A stretch of 59,394 bases of DNA, counting the filler. It is 3 parts of 3 records of this genome, joined end to end, with 100 filler letters (N's around TTAATTAATTAA, not from the genome) between each part and the next. Parts side by side here need not be neighbours in the genome. Positions count along the whole stretch, not along the records: positions 1 to 14,412 come from SRR20825019_73; positions 14,513 to 46,373 come from SRR20825019_85; 1 more part is not named here. The stretch is one strand, 5' to 3'. Made by a program: the position numbers and the translations under genes. Under the pieces are notes generated by a model. That model made no database searches. It saw only the letters and a program-made list of their open reading frames with translations, and was not told the DNA's origin. Of the stretch, positions 9,960 to 20,290 are shown one piece after another (the stretch's first letter is position 1; the number at the start of each line of letters is the position of its first letter).

Positions 9960-10406
9960 ATGAATGTTGAAGAAATTATAAAAACCTCAAAAAAGATTCC
10001 ATTGGAACCAAGAACTCTGATTCATATGCAGCTTGTTCATAACAAGGTTATTGAAACTATGCATTCAGCGCTCAAACCTTTTGAGGTATCCCTGCAACAA
10101 TTCAATGTGCTGCGCATTTTACGTGGACAACAGGGCAAACCTGCCAATCTATCTACATTGAATGAAAGAATGGTCACCAAAATGAGCAATACAACAAGAT
10201 TAGTGGATAAGCTTTTGAACAAGGGGTTTGTAAACCGTTATGTATGCCCATCCAATCGAAGAAAAGTTGAGATTTTGATTACGGATGAAGGCCTCAAGGC
10301 TTTGGAACAGATGGACGAAGCTCTACTTGAAGCACACAAAACGATCTACAAGAATTTCAATCAGAACGATTTAGAGAAACTAAATGACTTACTAGATAAA
10401 TTTTAA
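9960..10406 (+). CDS. MarR family transcriptional regulator
   Basis: QQFNVLRILRG, TTRLVDKL, NRRKVEILIT wHTH; ATG at 9960 chosen as start. Confidence 0.92.
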   Translation: MNVEEIIKTSKKIPLEPRTLIHMQLVHNKVIETMHSALKPFEVSLQQFNVLRILRGQQGKPANLSTLNERMVTKMSNTTRLVDKLLNKGFVNRYVCPSNRRKVEILITDEGLKALEQMDEALLEAHKTIYKNFNQNDLEKLNDLLDKF

Positions 10407-10413
10407 AGAAAGT

Positions 10414-11046
10414 ATGAGTACAGTAATTGAACATAGAACTTGGCGCTACGCCACCAAGAAATTTGATGCCACGAAAAAGGTATCGGAGGAAGACCTGGAA
10501 ACACTGATAGAGGCTACACGCTTAAGCGCCTCTTCCTACGGGCTGCAACCCTATCATATATTGGTAATTTCAAACCAAGAAACAAAAGAGCAGTTAAAAC
10601 CGGCATCTTGGAATCAGTCTCAAATTACGGATGCATCGCATATCATCGTTTTTGCAAACGCAACGGACTTTGGCGAAGAATTGGTAGATGATTACGTGGC
10701 CAACGTGAGCCAAACCAGAAATATCCCCGAAGAAGGATTGAGGGGATATGCCGAATTTATGAAGTCCAAGTTGATAGACCTGCCTCTTGAAACCAAAGAT
10801 AGTTGGACTGCCAAACAGGCTTACATTGCCTTCGGAAATTTGATGCAGGCCGCTGCGGAATTAAAAATTGACACCTGTCCCATGGAAGGTTTTGAATCCG
10901 AAAAATACAATGAAATTTTGGGGCTTGAGGATAAAAACCTCAACGCTGCAGTAGTATTGGCCATAGGATACCGTTCCGAAGAGGACGAAACCCAACACTA
11001 CGCCAAGGTTAGAAAATCAACAGAAGAATTATTTACTCTAATATAA
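10414..11046 (+). CDS. NAD(P)H-dependent nitroreductase (NfsB-like)
   Basis: WRYATKKFD, SSYGLQP, IDTCPMEGF. Confidence 0.92.
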   Translation: MSTVIEHRTWRYATKKFDATKKVSEEDLETLIEATRLSASSYGLQPYHILVISNQETKEQLKPASWNQSQITDASHIIVFANATDFGEELVDDYVANVSQTRNIPEEGLRGYAEFMKSKLIDLPLETKDSWTAKQAYIAFGNLMQAAAELKIDTCPMEGFESEKYNEILGLEDKNLNAAVVLAIGYRSEEDETQHYAKVRKSTEELFTLI

Positions 11047-11086
11047 TTATTGAACCCTTAACAATTAAATAGAAATTAAAACAATC

Positions 11087-11656
11087 ATGAAAAAGACAAT
11101 TCTAAGCTTAACGTTGGTAACCGTATTAGGTACCTCAGCAAATGCAAACCCTATCAAAGAAACCAAAGAAGTAAAAACTTCTGAAAGCCAAGTAACCTGG
11201 AAAGGCTACAAAGTAGGAGGTTCGCACGAAGGTACTATTAGCCTAAAATCCGGGGCTTTGGAATTTGATGGTGAAAAGTTGGTAGGCGGAGAGTTTGTTG
11301 TGGATATGACCAGCATCAACACAACCGATTTGGAAGGTGATTACAAAGGTCAATTGGACGGACACCTTAAATCCGATGACTTTTTTGGTACTGCCAATCA
11401 CCCTACCGCCAAATTGGTTTTCACTAAAGTAAAGTCTACTGGAAAAAATTCTTACGACGTAACTGGTGATCTTACCATAAAAGGAACTACAGAGCCTGTT
11501 ACTTTTGAAGTTTCCGTGTATGGGGATAAAGCAACCGCTTCCTTGAAGGTTGACAGAACCAAATACGACGTAAAATACGGATCGGGAATCATTGGTACCG
11601 CCAAGGACAAATTGATCTACGACGAGTTTGATTTGGTAGTTGACCTACAGATGTAA
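11087..11656 (+). CDS. YceI family lipid/polyisoprenoid-binding protein
   Basis: Signal peptide; LDGHLKSDDFF, GDLTIKG, VDRTKYDV. Confidence 0.92.
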   Translation: MKKTILSLTLVTVLGTSANANPIKETKEVKTSESQVTWKGYKVGGSHEGTISLKSGALEFDGEKLVGGEFVVDMTSINTTDLEGDYKGQLDGHLKSDDFFGTANHPTAKLVFTKVKSTGKNSYDVTGDLTIKGTTEPVTFEVSVYGDKATASLKVDRTKYDVKYGSGIIGTAKDKLIYDEFDLVVDLQM

Positions 11657-11677
11657 TCAACTCCTGTTTAGTGTGTG

Positions 11678-11716
11678 AAAATCCCGTCCAAGATATTTCT
11701 AGGACGGGATTTTTTA
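11678..11716 (+). terminator. Intrinsic terminator after yceI
   Basis: AAAATCCCGTCC / GGACGGGATTTT stem with T-run. Confidence 0.8.
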
Positions 11717-11769
11717 TTTTAAACAAAACATTGTTGTGCCGTTAAAAATTCCTTCCTATATTTGATGCA

Positions 11770-11826
11770 ATGATTAACAGAATATCAAATAATTGGTGGT
11801 GGATTAACTTACGTCGAACTTCGTGA
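11770..11826 (+). CDS. trpL: trp operon leader peptide MINRISNNWWWINLRRTS
   Basis: 18-codon ORF with three consecutive TGG codons, just after a TATATTTG -7 element (11757-11764) and upstream of trpE; absent from the ORF track. Confidence 0.85.
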   Translation: MINRISNNWWWINLRRTS

Positions 11827-11881
11827 GCTAAGTCCCCATTATAATCATACAAGAGGCTTGTCATCACGACAGGCCTTTTTT
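11821..11881 (+). promoter_or_regulatory. trp attenuator (terminator and antiterminator)
   Basis: Terminator AGGCTTGTC-ATCAC-GACAGGCCT-TTTTT (11854-11881); alternative pairing of TCGTGA (11821-11826) with TCACGA (11864-11869). Confidence 0.8.
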
Positions 11882-11900
11882 AATTTATATAAGTACCAAA

Positions 11901-13298
11901 ATGAGTTACACGCTAACCACACATTACAAAAAAATCCTCGCGGATACCATTACCCCCGTGAGCGTTTACCTAAAGGTCAGGGACAAATTCCCGAACAGCA
12001 TTCTATTGGAAAGTAGCGATTACCATGCAAACGACAATAGTTTCTCATATATCTGCTGTAACCCTATCGCCTCCATTAAGATAGCAAACGAAATCATAAC
12101 GGAGAGTTTTCCCGATGGCTCCAAAAAGGTGACAGATATTACTGCCGAAACCGATGTAACACAGGTTATCCATAATTTCAGTAAGCAGTTCAAGACCACC
12201 CAAAACGGCTTTAAATTTATCTATAACGGCCTATTCGGATATATGGCCTACGACGCCGTTAGATATTTTGAAGATGTGAAAATTTCGAAAAAGGAGGATT
12301 CCGTGGACATTCCGGACATTTACTATGCGGTGTACCAAAATATCATTGCCATCAATCATTTTAAAAATGAGGCCTATTTGTTCGCCCACTGTTATGATTC
12401 CGAAAGCAATGTGGATGAAATAGAGCAACTATTTAATGTCCGCACATTTTCTTCCTACAACTTCAACAAAGAAGGTGAACCAGAATCCAATTTAAAGGAC
12501 GAGGATTACAAAGAACAGGTAGAACTGGCAAAAAAACACTGTCAACGGGGAGATGTGTTCCAATTGGTACTTTCAAGAAGGTTTAAGCAAAAATTCAAGG
12601 GAGATGAATTCAACGTGTACAGGGCACTACGTTCCATCAACCCCTCCCCTTACCTCTTCTATTTTGATTATGGAAACTTTAAAATATTCGGTAGCTCGCC
12701 AGAAGCGCAACTTATTGTAAAAGAAGGAAAGGCAGAAATACACCCTATAGCCGGAACCTACAAACGTACCGGAAACGATGAAAAAGATGCAGAACTGGCC
12801 AAAAAACTGGCACAGGACGAAAAGGAAAACAGCGAACACGTAATGCTCGTGGATCTTGCCCGAAACGATTTGAGCCGAAACGGAAACACCGTAAATGTGG
12901 AAACCTATCGAGAAGTACAATATTTCTCGCACGTAATTCACTTGGTCTCCAAAGTAACCGGACAAAAGAAAAAGGAAAGTACCACCATGAAGGTAGTAGC
13001 GGATACCTTCCCCGCGGGTACCTTGAGCGGAGCGCCCAAACATATGGCCATGCAGTTGATCGAGAAATATGAAAAAACGAGCCGCTCGTATTACGGTGGA
13101 GCAATCGGGTTCATGGATTTTGAAGGTAATTTTAACCACGCCATCATGATCCGCACGTTCCTGAGCAAAAACCACGAATTGTACTATCAAGCAGGAGCTG
13201 GTCTGGTGGCCGCCTCCAACCCGGATGATGAGCTACAAGAAACCTACAATAAATTGGGTGCGTTGAAAAAAGCACTGGAAATTGCCGAAACAATCTAA
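11901..13298 (+). CDS. trpE: Anthranilate synthase component I
   Basis: LLESS, GDVFQLVLS, NPSPY, GSSPE, EHVMLVDLARND, FPAGTLSGAPK. Confidence 0.96.
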   Translation: MSYTLTTHYKKILADTITPVSVYLKVRDKFPNSILLESSDYHANDNSFSYICCNPIASIKIANEIITESFPDGSKKVTDITAETDVTQVIHNFSKQFKTTQNGFKFIYNGLFGYMAYDAVRYFEDVKISKKEDSVDIPDIYYAVYQNIIAINHFKNEAYLFAHCYDSESNVDEIEQLFNVRTFSSYNFNKEGEPESNLKDEDYKEQVELAKKHCQRGDVFQLVLSRRFKQKFKGDEFNVYRALRSINPSPYLFYFDYGNFKIFGSSPEAQLIVKEGKAEIHPIAGTYKRTGNDEKDAELAKKLAQDEKENSEHVMLVDLARNDLSRNGNTVNVETYREVQYFSHVIHLVSKVTGQKKKESTTMKVVADTFPAGTLSGAPKHMAMQLIEKYEKTSRSYYGGAIGFMDFEGNFNHAIMIRTFLSKNHELYYQAGAGLVAASNPDDELQETYNKLGALKKALEIAETI

Positions 13299-13300
13299 CC

Positions 13301-13870
13301 ATGGGAAGAAAGATTTTAATGATTGACAATTACGATAGTTTCACCTACAATTTGGTACACTATTTAGAAGATTTGGATTGCGAGGTAACCGTAAAACGGA
13401 ACGACCAACTCACTTTGGACGAAGTTGAACCATTTGAATACATTGTGCTTTCCCCAGGCCCCGGAATTCCTGATGAAGCAGGACTTTTAAAGGAAATCAT
13501 CAAAAAGTATGCACCAACAAAAAAAATCTTTGGGGTATGTCTGGGGCTACAGGCCATTGGTGAGGTATTCGGCGGAACACTAGTGAACCTTGACCAAGTA
13601 TATCATGGCGTTGATACCACTATCACGGTTACTAAAGATGATCCGATTTATAAGAATATGTCCAAAACGCTTCAGGTTGGCAGATATCATTCCTGGGTGG
13701 TGGACCCCAATCTCCCAGAAGTATTGGAAACTACTGCCCTAGATGAAAATGGACAAGTGATGTCGCTCCGACATAAAGAATACGATGTTACCGCAGTGCA
13801 GTTCCATCCAGAATCAGTGTTGACACCGGAAGGAAAACAAATGCTCAAAAATTGGTTGGAAAGTAAATAG
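13301..13870 (+). CDS. trpG: Anthranilate synthase component II (glutamine amidotransferase)
   Basis: IDNYDSFTYN, SPGPG, GVCLG, RYHS, QFHPES. Confidence 0.95.
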   Translation: MGRKILMIDNYDSFTYNLVHYLEDLDCEVTVKRNDQLTLDEVEPFEYIVLSPGPGIPDEAGLLKEIIKKYAPTKKIFGVCLGLQAIGEVFGGTLVNLDQVYHGVDTTITVTKDDPIYKNMSKTLQVGRYHSWVVDPNLPEVLETTALDENGQVMSLRHKEYDVTAVQFHPESVLTPEGKQMLKNWLESK

Positions 13871-13878
13871 ATTTGAAA

Positions 13879-14412
13879 ATGAAAGCGACTTTAAATAAAC
13901 TTATCAATCACGAAATTCTTCCAAAGGAAGAAGCAAAACAGATTCTGGTAAATATTGCCAAAGGAGATTATAACACCTCCCAAATTGCTGCATTCCTAAC
14001 AGTGTACATGATGCGCAGTGTAACTATTGAAGAATTGGAAGGCTTTCGTGATGCCCTTTTGGAACTCTGTTTGGCAGTAGATCTTGCCGATTATGATCCA
14101 ATCGACCTTTGTGGGACCGGTGGAGATGGCAAGGACACCTTCAATATTTCCACACTGGCGTCTTTTGTGACGGCCGGAGCCGGAATACACGTGACCAAAC
14201 ACGGAAACTATGGGGTTTCCTCCAAATGTGGCAGTAGCAATGTTATGGAATTCTTGGGAATCAAATTCAGCAACGATGCCGATTTCCTCAAAAAAACCAT
14301 CGACGAAGCAGGTATTTGCGTGTTGCACGCCCCGCTGTTTCACCCCGCAATGAAAAACGTGGCACCTATCAGAAGGGAATTAGCGGTAAAAACATTCTTT
14401 AATATGTTAGGA
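13879..14412 (+). CDS. trpD: Anthranilate phosphoribosyltransferase, partial (contig end)
   Basis: DLCGTGGDG, FNIST, KHGN, FHPAMK, TFFNMLG; runs into the N spacer. Confidence 0.95.
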
Positions 14413-14512
14413 NNNNNNNNNNNNNNNNNNNNNNNNNNNNNNNNNNNNNNNNNNNNTTAATTAATTAANNNNNNNNNNNNNNNNNNNNNNNNNNNNNNNN
14501 NNNNNNNNNNNN
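14413..14512. other. Artificial contig spacer
   Basis: N-run / TTAATTAATTAA (stops in all six frames) / N-run; exactly 100 nt. Confidence 0.97.
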
Positions 14513-14882
14513 TGGAGCCAAAAAGGTCTAGACCTGCACTTGAAAATTACGATTCATTCCACTTATTTTCCACATTTCCTGCGTAATGGTCTTTTTTATG
14601 CTTCGAATGTAGATTTTATGCTTTGTACCTCTTCTTCACTTCGTTTCTTCAAAAGCATTGTTTGTTCTTGCTCAGTGATGAAAGGGAACTGTACCTGGGG
14701 AATTTTAAATGATTATTAGAATCATATTGTCCTACTCGTTCCTTTAAAGGATATAGCTGAGAATAATCCATCAAGAGTCCTGCTAGATATTCTTTCTTAC
14801 TCCTATATTCATTCAAGAATAATTTAACTCGAGCCGTCATCCTTTTATGTAATCATTTTAACGAATAAGCTACGACATCCAA

Positions 14883-17800
14883 CTACAACCCTTGTAAATC
14901 CACTTGGCGCATTGCGATGAATGCCTTCAGAATTCGTTCTCCCACTCCAGGAACTTCAACATGTACAAGGTAGACTCCAGATGCGATCGGAATATTCGTA
15001 TCATTCACAAGCAACCAATCGATATATGTAACCGAATTAGATTTCTTAAATGATTTTATCAATTTTCCACTCGTACTGTATATGCGAACTGTGCAGATTT
15101 CTGGCAGATTTGTGATTTTAACCCGTGTATCTAATCTGTTTCTTTCATAATCAGAATACGCATTGTACGGATTTGGAACAATATTAATTAGATCCAGCGC
15201 ATCTGCCAATTGATCTGTACTTCCCGTTTGAGTTTGAATATCATCCATATTCCAAGAATACATTGGCATTCCATCGTTCTTTCCTGTTGCAACCAAATTC
15301 TTAAACTGCTTACTTACCCGCACTCGAATCGTTGCATCCGTTGGAAGGTTTCTTGGATCAATAGAATAACCCGGAGAAGCCATTGGGAAAGCTGTCCATC
15401 CAAAGTTGGAATAGAAATCTCTTTTTTGAGCTACTCCTCCTGTAACTGCGGCTTGAAATTTCAGATAAGCTTCATTCGTTGCGTCGTTTTCTCCAATATA
15501 CGGAATATACTCTGGGAAGTCAGTCGCTAAGGAGTATCCATTAATCGTCTTGCTCATATAGTTCAGTACATAGAATGGTTGCATTCCACCTAATATCGGT
15601 TCTCCAACGCCGTTAAAGAATCGATCGGTTGGATTCCAAATCAAATCTGCTCCGTTGTCTCCACTTAGGAAAGAGTTCTCCCCGAAAATCATATAGAGTC
15701 TTCTTCCTGATTCTAAATCGATCGCATAACCTGGAAACCATCCCATTCCTGTACCTGGACCAACGGGGTTTCCGTTCTTATCTACACTCGGAGTTTTTCT
15801 CAATTCACCACGTTTTGCATTTCCAACATTCAATGCTTGATCACCGCCTAACTCCATAACTGGACAGCGCGTCCACTTCGATTTATCGCTCGTAATTACA
15901 ATATCTATACTTGGAAGTGACGTGATAGAAGCAATTTGTTTGAATGAGCTTCCGCCTGTAACATAAGCCATAGGTGTATATCCAAATTCGTGTCCCACTA
16001 TCCTGTTTGGAGCAATCGTTCCTCCCAAAATTCTGTCCCAATTTTTCTCGTTATCCGCGTTCAATTGATCTGGATAAAGGCAAGGATCTGTAGGAAATGG
16101 GTTAGGCCCACAAGGATCGCTAGGAACATACGTCCCTGATCTAATCCAATTCAATGGATTGAACTGATCATTGTCTGGTACACCCGACATCCAACGCTTG
16201 GAACTATCTCCAAACGTAAGTGATGCCTCTAAAAATTCTGTCGTTCTCAGATAAGGCTGACCATTCGCTCCTTGTGGAAAATCGTACTTCGGTTGGGTAA
16301 TATGAACCGAAACTCCCCATTTTGGAATTAGTTGTTCATTATTTTTGTTGATCGTTCGCTCCGAAGTCACAGAATCAACGGCAACATTTGAACCTGTTTC
16401 ATATCGGTAAATGATCCACGACGCGGTATCTGCTCCATTGATAGAAGTAGTTCCATAGTTTCTGAATTTACATTCGTATGACCCACCAGTTACACCCAAA
16501 GGATCTATCACTTTTATTTTAATTGGCCCTTGTCCATAATTGTAAGACGGTCTCTCGAGTAATCCATTTGCAATGATCGTATTCTTAGAGTCAGCTGTAA
16601 GTTCAAGAACTCCGCCTCCATTACCATGCCCATCTTCACGGGTAATTATCGGTCCTGATCCGTAGGCAATATTTTGTCCTGTTCCTCCAGCTTCTGGCTT
16701 CGGATTATGAGGTGTTGCGTCGATTATCTTAACTTCTCCAACAGCCGCTTTTCTACTTGAAATGTATTTCTTTTTCTGACCGTCTATCGCCATCGGGTCA
16801 TTCGGGTTGTAATCTTTGTAGTTGTTGTAGGCGTACGCAACCGCTACATAATAATACTTTTTAAAATTCACGAGTGTTCTGTTTCCTATCGCAAACTGAT
16901 CTTCTGTAACCCTAAAACTGTGTCGAATGCCCTTGTTCTCTCCTTTCACTCTTTCTACTGGATAACTCGCTTGCAGCCCTTCGTCATACTCAAAGTTTAT
17001 GATCGTTGAAACGTTATCTTCAATATCGCATTGAGCCACTAAACGTGCAATAGATTGATCTTGTAGATCTGAGATAGCTACATCCGCTGCTCTCAACTGG
17101 AAAATTTGATACCCTTGAAAGCGATAGTTTTTATCTGCATTCGGATCTTCCGCTACGATAAATGGATCAAATTCTATGTATTCTTCGTTGAAATTATTTG
17201 AGTTTACAGGATTTGAAATTGTCAAAATCAATTCATTTTCCAATTCTTGCACATTCATTTCTGGTGCATGAGGGGCGTCCAGTACTTTAAAGCAATTTTC
17301 AAAAAGTGCTTGTGCTTTATCATCGGCGCGTCTTAAAACTTCTACTGATGCAAATGGGTCTCCACCGTTTGCAGATCTTGCCCAAACAACACCCACGGTG
17401 ATATTATTTACTGCTCCTGGTTTTAAAACGAAAGGTCCAGCTGATTGCACAAAACGTCGATCATAAGGAGGATTTCCTGCAGTTTGCTCCGTCCAAATTG
17501 GTTGTGGACTTCCTCCTGTTCCCCAACCTAATGGGTCTGTATCTCCAGGGAACATGAAATCACACTGAATAGATGTATTCGTTGTTGGGTCCGAAAGGTG
17601 TCCAGATCCTCCGTAGTAAAAAGGCGATCCATCTTTCCAATATCCACGTAAATAATTGTAATAATCTGTCGCTGCAATTGGATCTGTTTGACTTGAATTG
17701 CCTTGCCCAGTGTTACTGTAATAAAGAAATCTCCTCATTCCAAAACGCTCATTATCGACAATCCCATCGCCGTATCCAATTCCGTTCAATGCTTCAAGTG

Positions 17801-18911
17801 GGCCAATTCCAAAGCCATTATCAATTCCATCATCGTCTTGAAATGGTCCTTCGAAAAAGTCAACACCAACGGCTGGTGGACCGCTTCCGTATCCAAAGAA
17901 TCCGCTGTTATCTCCATCAAAATTGTCTCCATTGTAGTAATAAGCCAACCCTCTGGAAACGTCACATCCTACATAATCATCAAATGGATCGCCAAGTGCG
18001 CCGTCTGTAAAATACCCGAAATAGGTATCGAATAATGTTTGTGTTCCACGATTGATCAATTCGTAGTTGTAGAACGTCATATTATTGATCTCATCATTGG
18101 ATGCAAAGGCGAAAGCTTGAGCCCGAATCTCCATCCCTATTGGTTCTGAATTTGTTTCTGTATGGATGTTTCCTTTGTCGTTCATTACCCACCAATAATT
18201 GATGTCTCCGAACAAAGAAACTCGTCGATCTGTTTTACATTCCTTCGTTTTCTTAATATCATGCCAAGGGTAATCACCGTCTTGCCATCTGTACTCACCG
18301 TCATTATTTCTATCGAAAAACGGAGCTAAGTAATAATCCTGACCTAAGCTAGGATCTCCGTGTGCTGGCCATTCTTTCACCGAAAGTGGCACTTCATAAT
18401 CTGGAAAAAGTGCTGATTGCGTGCTTGTTCCTTGAGCCGCGTCAATCTCACCAGCTTCAAACCATGCATCAAACTCGCGGATTTCGTCTTGAGTGGTAAT
18501 AAAATGTCTATCGTATTTTTCACAGATCTCTGCTTCGGTATTTGCATCGCCAATAGACAACGGTCCAGTCCAATAATCTTGGCCATCTCTGTAGCGCAAG
18601 GCTGCCAATTTAAGTTGATTATTGACGTCTGTTCCTCCGAGCCAAAGCGCAGATGTGAATAGTGCCATAATTCCTGAGTTCTTAGGAACTTCGTACTGCG
18701 AAAAATTCTGTCCTGGAACTTGCCAAAGATTTCCTGCCGTGTGAATCATTGCACTCACATTGTTCAAGTTCATCAAATTCGTTGTTTTCGGAGGAGTACA
18801 ACCCGCCGACTTTTGCATTGCGTTGTTCTTCGCCATTTTTTGACCTGCGTATGGTTGCGCAAGTAATGTGAAACTAGAAAATGTAATGATGAACAGAAGT
18901 GATAATCTCAT
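14883..18911 (-). CDS. Large secreted protein with T9SS-type C-terminal sorting domain, function unknown
   Basis: Signal peptide; Gly/Asp/Pro-rich body; C-terminal IVPNPY...NLP..C.VRIYS..G.LI...ASGVYLVHV. Confidence 0.8.
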   Translation of the reverse strand: MRLSLLFIITFSSFTLLAQPYAGQKMAKNNAMQKSAGCTPPKTTNLMNLNNVSAMIHTAGNLWQVPGQNFSQYEVPKNSGIMALFTSALWLGGTDVNNQLKLAALRYRDGQDYWTGPLSIGDANTEAEICEKYDRHFITTQDEIREFDAWFEAGEIDAAQGTSTQSALFPDYEVPLSVKEWPAHGDPSLGQDYYLAPFFDRNNDGEYRWQDGDYPWHDIKKTKECKTDRRVSLFGDINYWWVMNDKGNIHTETNSEPIGMEIRAQAFAFASNDEINNMTFYNYELINRGTQTLFDTYFGYFTDGALGDPFDDYVGCDVSRGLAYYYNGDNFDGDNSGFFGYGSGPPAVGVDFFEGPFQDDDGIDNGFGIGPLEALNGIGYGDGIVDNERFGMRRFLYYSNTGQGNSSQTDPIAATDYYNYLRGYWKDGSPFYYGGSGHLSDPTTNTSIQCDFMFPGDTDPLGWGTGGSPQPIWTEQTAGNPPYDRRFVQSAGPFVLKPGAVNNITVGVVWARSANGGDPFASVEVLRRADDKAQALFENCFKVLDAPHAPEMNVQELENELILTISNPVNSNNFNEEYIEFDPFIVAEDPNADKNYRFQGYQIFQLRAADVAISDLQDQSIARLVAQCDIEDNVSTIINFEYDEGLQASYPVERVKGENKGIRHSFRVTEDQFAIGNRTLVNFKKYYYVAVAYAYNNYKDYNPNDPMAIDGQKKKYISSRKAAVGEVKIIDATPHNPKPEAGGTGQNIAYGSGPIITREDGHGNGGGVLELTADSKNTIIANGLLERPSYNYGQGPIKIKVIDPLGVTGGSYECKFRNYGTTSINGADTASWIIYRYETGSNVAVDSVTSERTINKNNEQLIPKWGVSVHITQPKYDFPQGANGQPYLRTTEFLEASLTFGDSSKRWMSGVPDNDQFNPLNWIRSGTYVPSDPCGPNPFPTDPCLYPDQLNADNEKNWDRILGGTIAPNRIVGHEFGYTPMAYVTGGSSFKQIASITSLPSIDIVITSDKSKWTRCPVMELGGDQALNVGNAKRGELRKTPSVDKNGNPVGPGTGMGWFPGYAIDLESGRRLYMIFGENSFLSGDNGADLIWNPTDRFFNGVGEPILGGMQPFYVLNYMSKTINGYSLATDFPEYIPYIGENDATNEAYLKFQAAVTGGVAQKRDFYSNFGWTAFPMASPGYSIDPRNLPTDATIRVRVSKQFKNLVATGKNDGMPMYSWNMDDIQTQTGSTDQLADALDLINIVPNPYNAYSDYERNRLDTRVKITNLPEICTVRIYSTSGKLIKSFKKSNSVTYIDWLLVNDTNIPIASGVYLVHVEVPGVGERILKAFIAMRQVDLQGL

Positions 18912-19000
18912 AACAGCAGTTTGAACTTGAAAAATAGTGATTTTTCGGTGCTAATGCGCACAGATACGATCAATATTCTTGGAATGATACAGGTCTATAA

Positions 19001-20290
19001 TTATTTCACACTCAATCGTTCAACAAACTGAACGAGCAAGGAAGTGATGTCGTGATACTCTTGAAAACTCAACGCTTCGTATTGATCGAAAACGTCGTGA
19101 TAATTTTTATTTGGCCCCATCGTGTAGATGAAAAATGCAGGAACCCCCGCGTTCGTAAACCAGTAGTGATCTGAGTTTGCAGCAGGTCCTCTCGATTTTA
19201 CTTGCGTGAGTAATTGTTGCTCATTATTGATGTCCGTGAGCAATTTAAACTGCTCTTCGAATAAGGTTGCGTTCACTGCGGTGATTCCTTCTTCACCCGA
19301 ACCCATGATGTCGAGGTTGATTAAAAACTCAATGTCTTTTAGTTTTAGCCAAGGATTCTCAACAAAGAATTTAGATCCTACCAACCCTGCTTCTTCACCT
19401 GCAAATGCAATAAAAACAATGTTGTAATTGGACGGATGTTCTTTAAAATAACGTGCCATTGTGAAAAGCATCGCAGTTCCCGAAGCGTTGTCGTTCGCCC
19501 CTGGGAAGTACGTTTCAGAACCCATTCTTCCGAGATGATCGTAGTGCGCGCTGAAGACAATTGTTTTAGCACATTTCTTTTTCGCGGGAATGCTAGCCAC
19601 AATATTTTGTGATGTGTATGTTGGCAAGAACTTGGCATCTATCGAAACAGTGAAGTCAGTTCCTTTTGTGTAAATAGAATCTTGCACAAAGATGAGTGGA
19701 TTCGGAAGTTGGTTTCGCCCTACAGACCATGTGAATTTTCTATTCATTACTTCGATTACTGGAAATCCTTCTGCCAACGCTTCAGAAATTCCCAGCAACT
19801 GTTTTAATGTGTCGCCAGAAACAGTGGACAAGTCGATTAAAAGTGCATTTTTCTCGTTTGATTGGCGTAATTCTCTGATTACTTCGCCGAGGTAAACTTC
19901 ATTTATTCCACCTTCCGTGTACAGTTTTTCTCCTTCCAGTACCATTGGAATAAGTTTTTTATTTCCTCCAGATGATGATGGATCGATCAAAAAGTGAACT
20001 CCTGGAATCAATTTCTTATTTCCGTGAGTAACCTCAGCTTTTCCGTTGAAAAGATTGATCCCTTCAATTGGAAAAGATTGGAGATAATCGTGTTTCTTTA
20101 GTGGTTTTACACCTAAATCTTTAAATTCCTTCACCAGAAATGAAGCAGCGATAGAATCACCGTGTTGATAATATCCTCGACCGTGAAACTCAGGAGAACA
20201 CAAAGTTTGCGTAATCCTTCGCACCTCTTCAATTTGCGCCGAAACGCTGACAGCCCAAAAAACAGATACTACCAAGAGAAAATTACGCAT
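19001..20290 (-). CDS. M28 family aminopeptidase
   Basis: SAHYDHLG, GANDNASG, FAGEEAGLVGS, NLDIMG, SDH, YH. Confidence 0.92.
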   Translation of the reverse strand: MRNFLLVVSVFWAVSVSAQIEEVRRITQTLCSPEFHGRGYYQHGDSIAASFLVKEFKDLGVKPLKKHDYLQSFPIEGINLFNGKAEVTHGNKKLIPGVHFLIDPSSSGGNKKLIPMVLEGEKLYTEGGINEVYLGEVIRELRQSNEKNALLIDLSTVSGDTLKQLLGISEALAEGFPVIEVMNRKFTWSVGRNQLPNPLIFVQDSIYTKGTDFTVSIDAKFLPTYTSQNIVASIPAKKKCAKTIVFSAHYDHLGRMGSETYFPGANDNASGTAMLFTMARYFKEHPSNYNIVFIAFAGEEAGLVGSKFFVENPWLKLKDIEFLINLDIMGSGEEGITAVNATLFEEQFKLLTDINNEQQLLTQVKSRGPAANSDHYWFTNAGVPAFFIYTMGPNKNYHDVFDQYEALSFQEYHDITSLLVQFVERLSVK

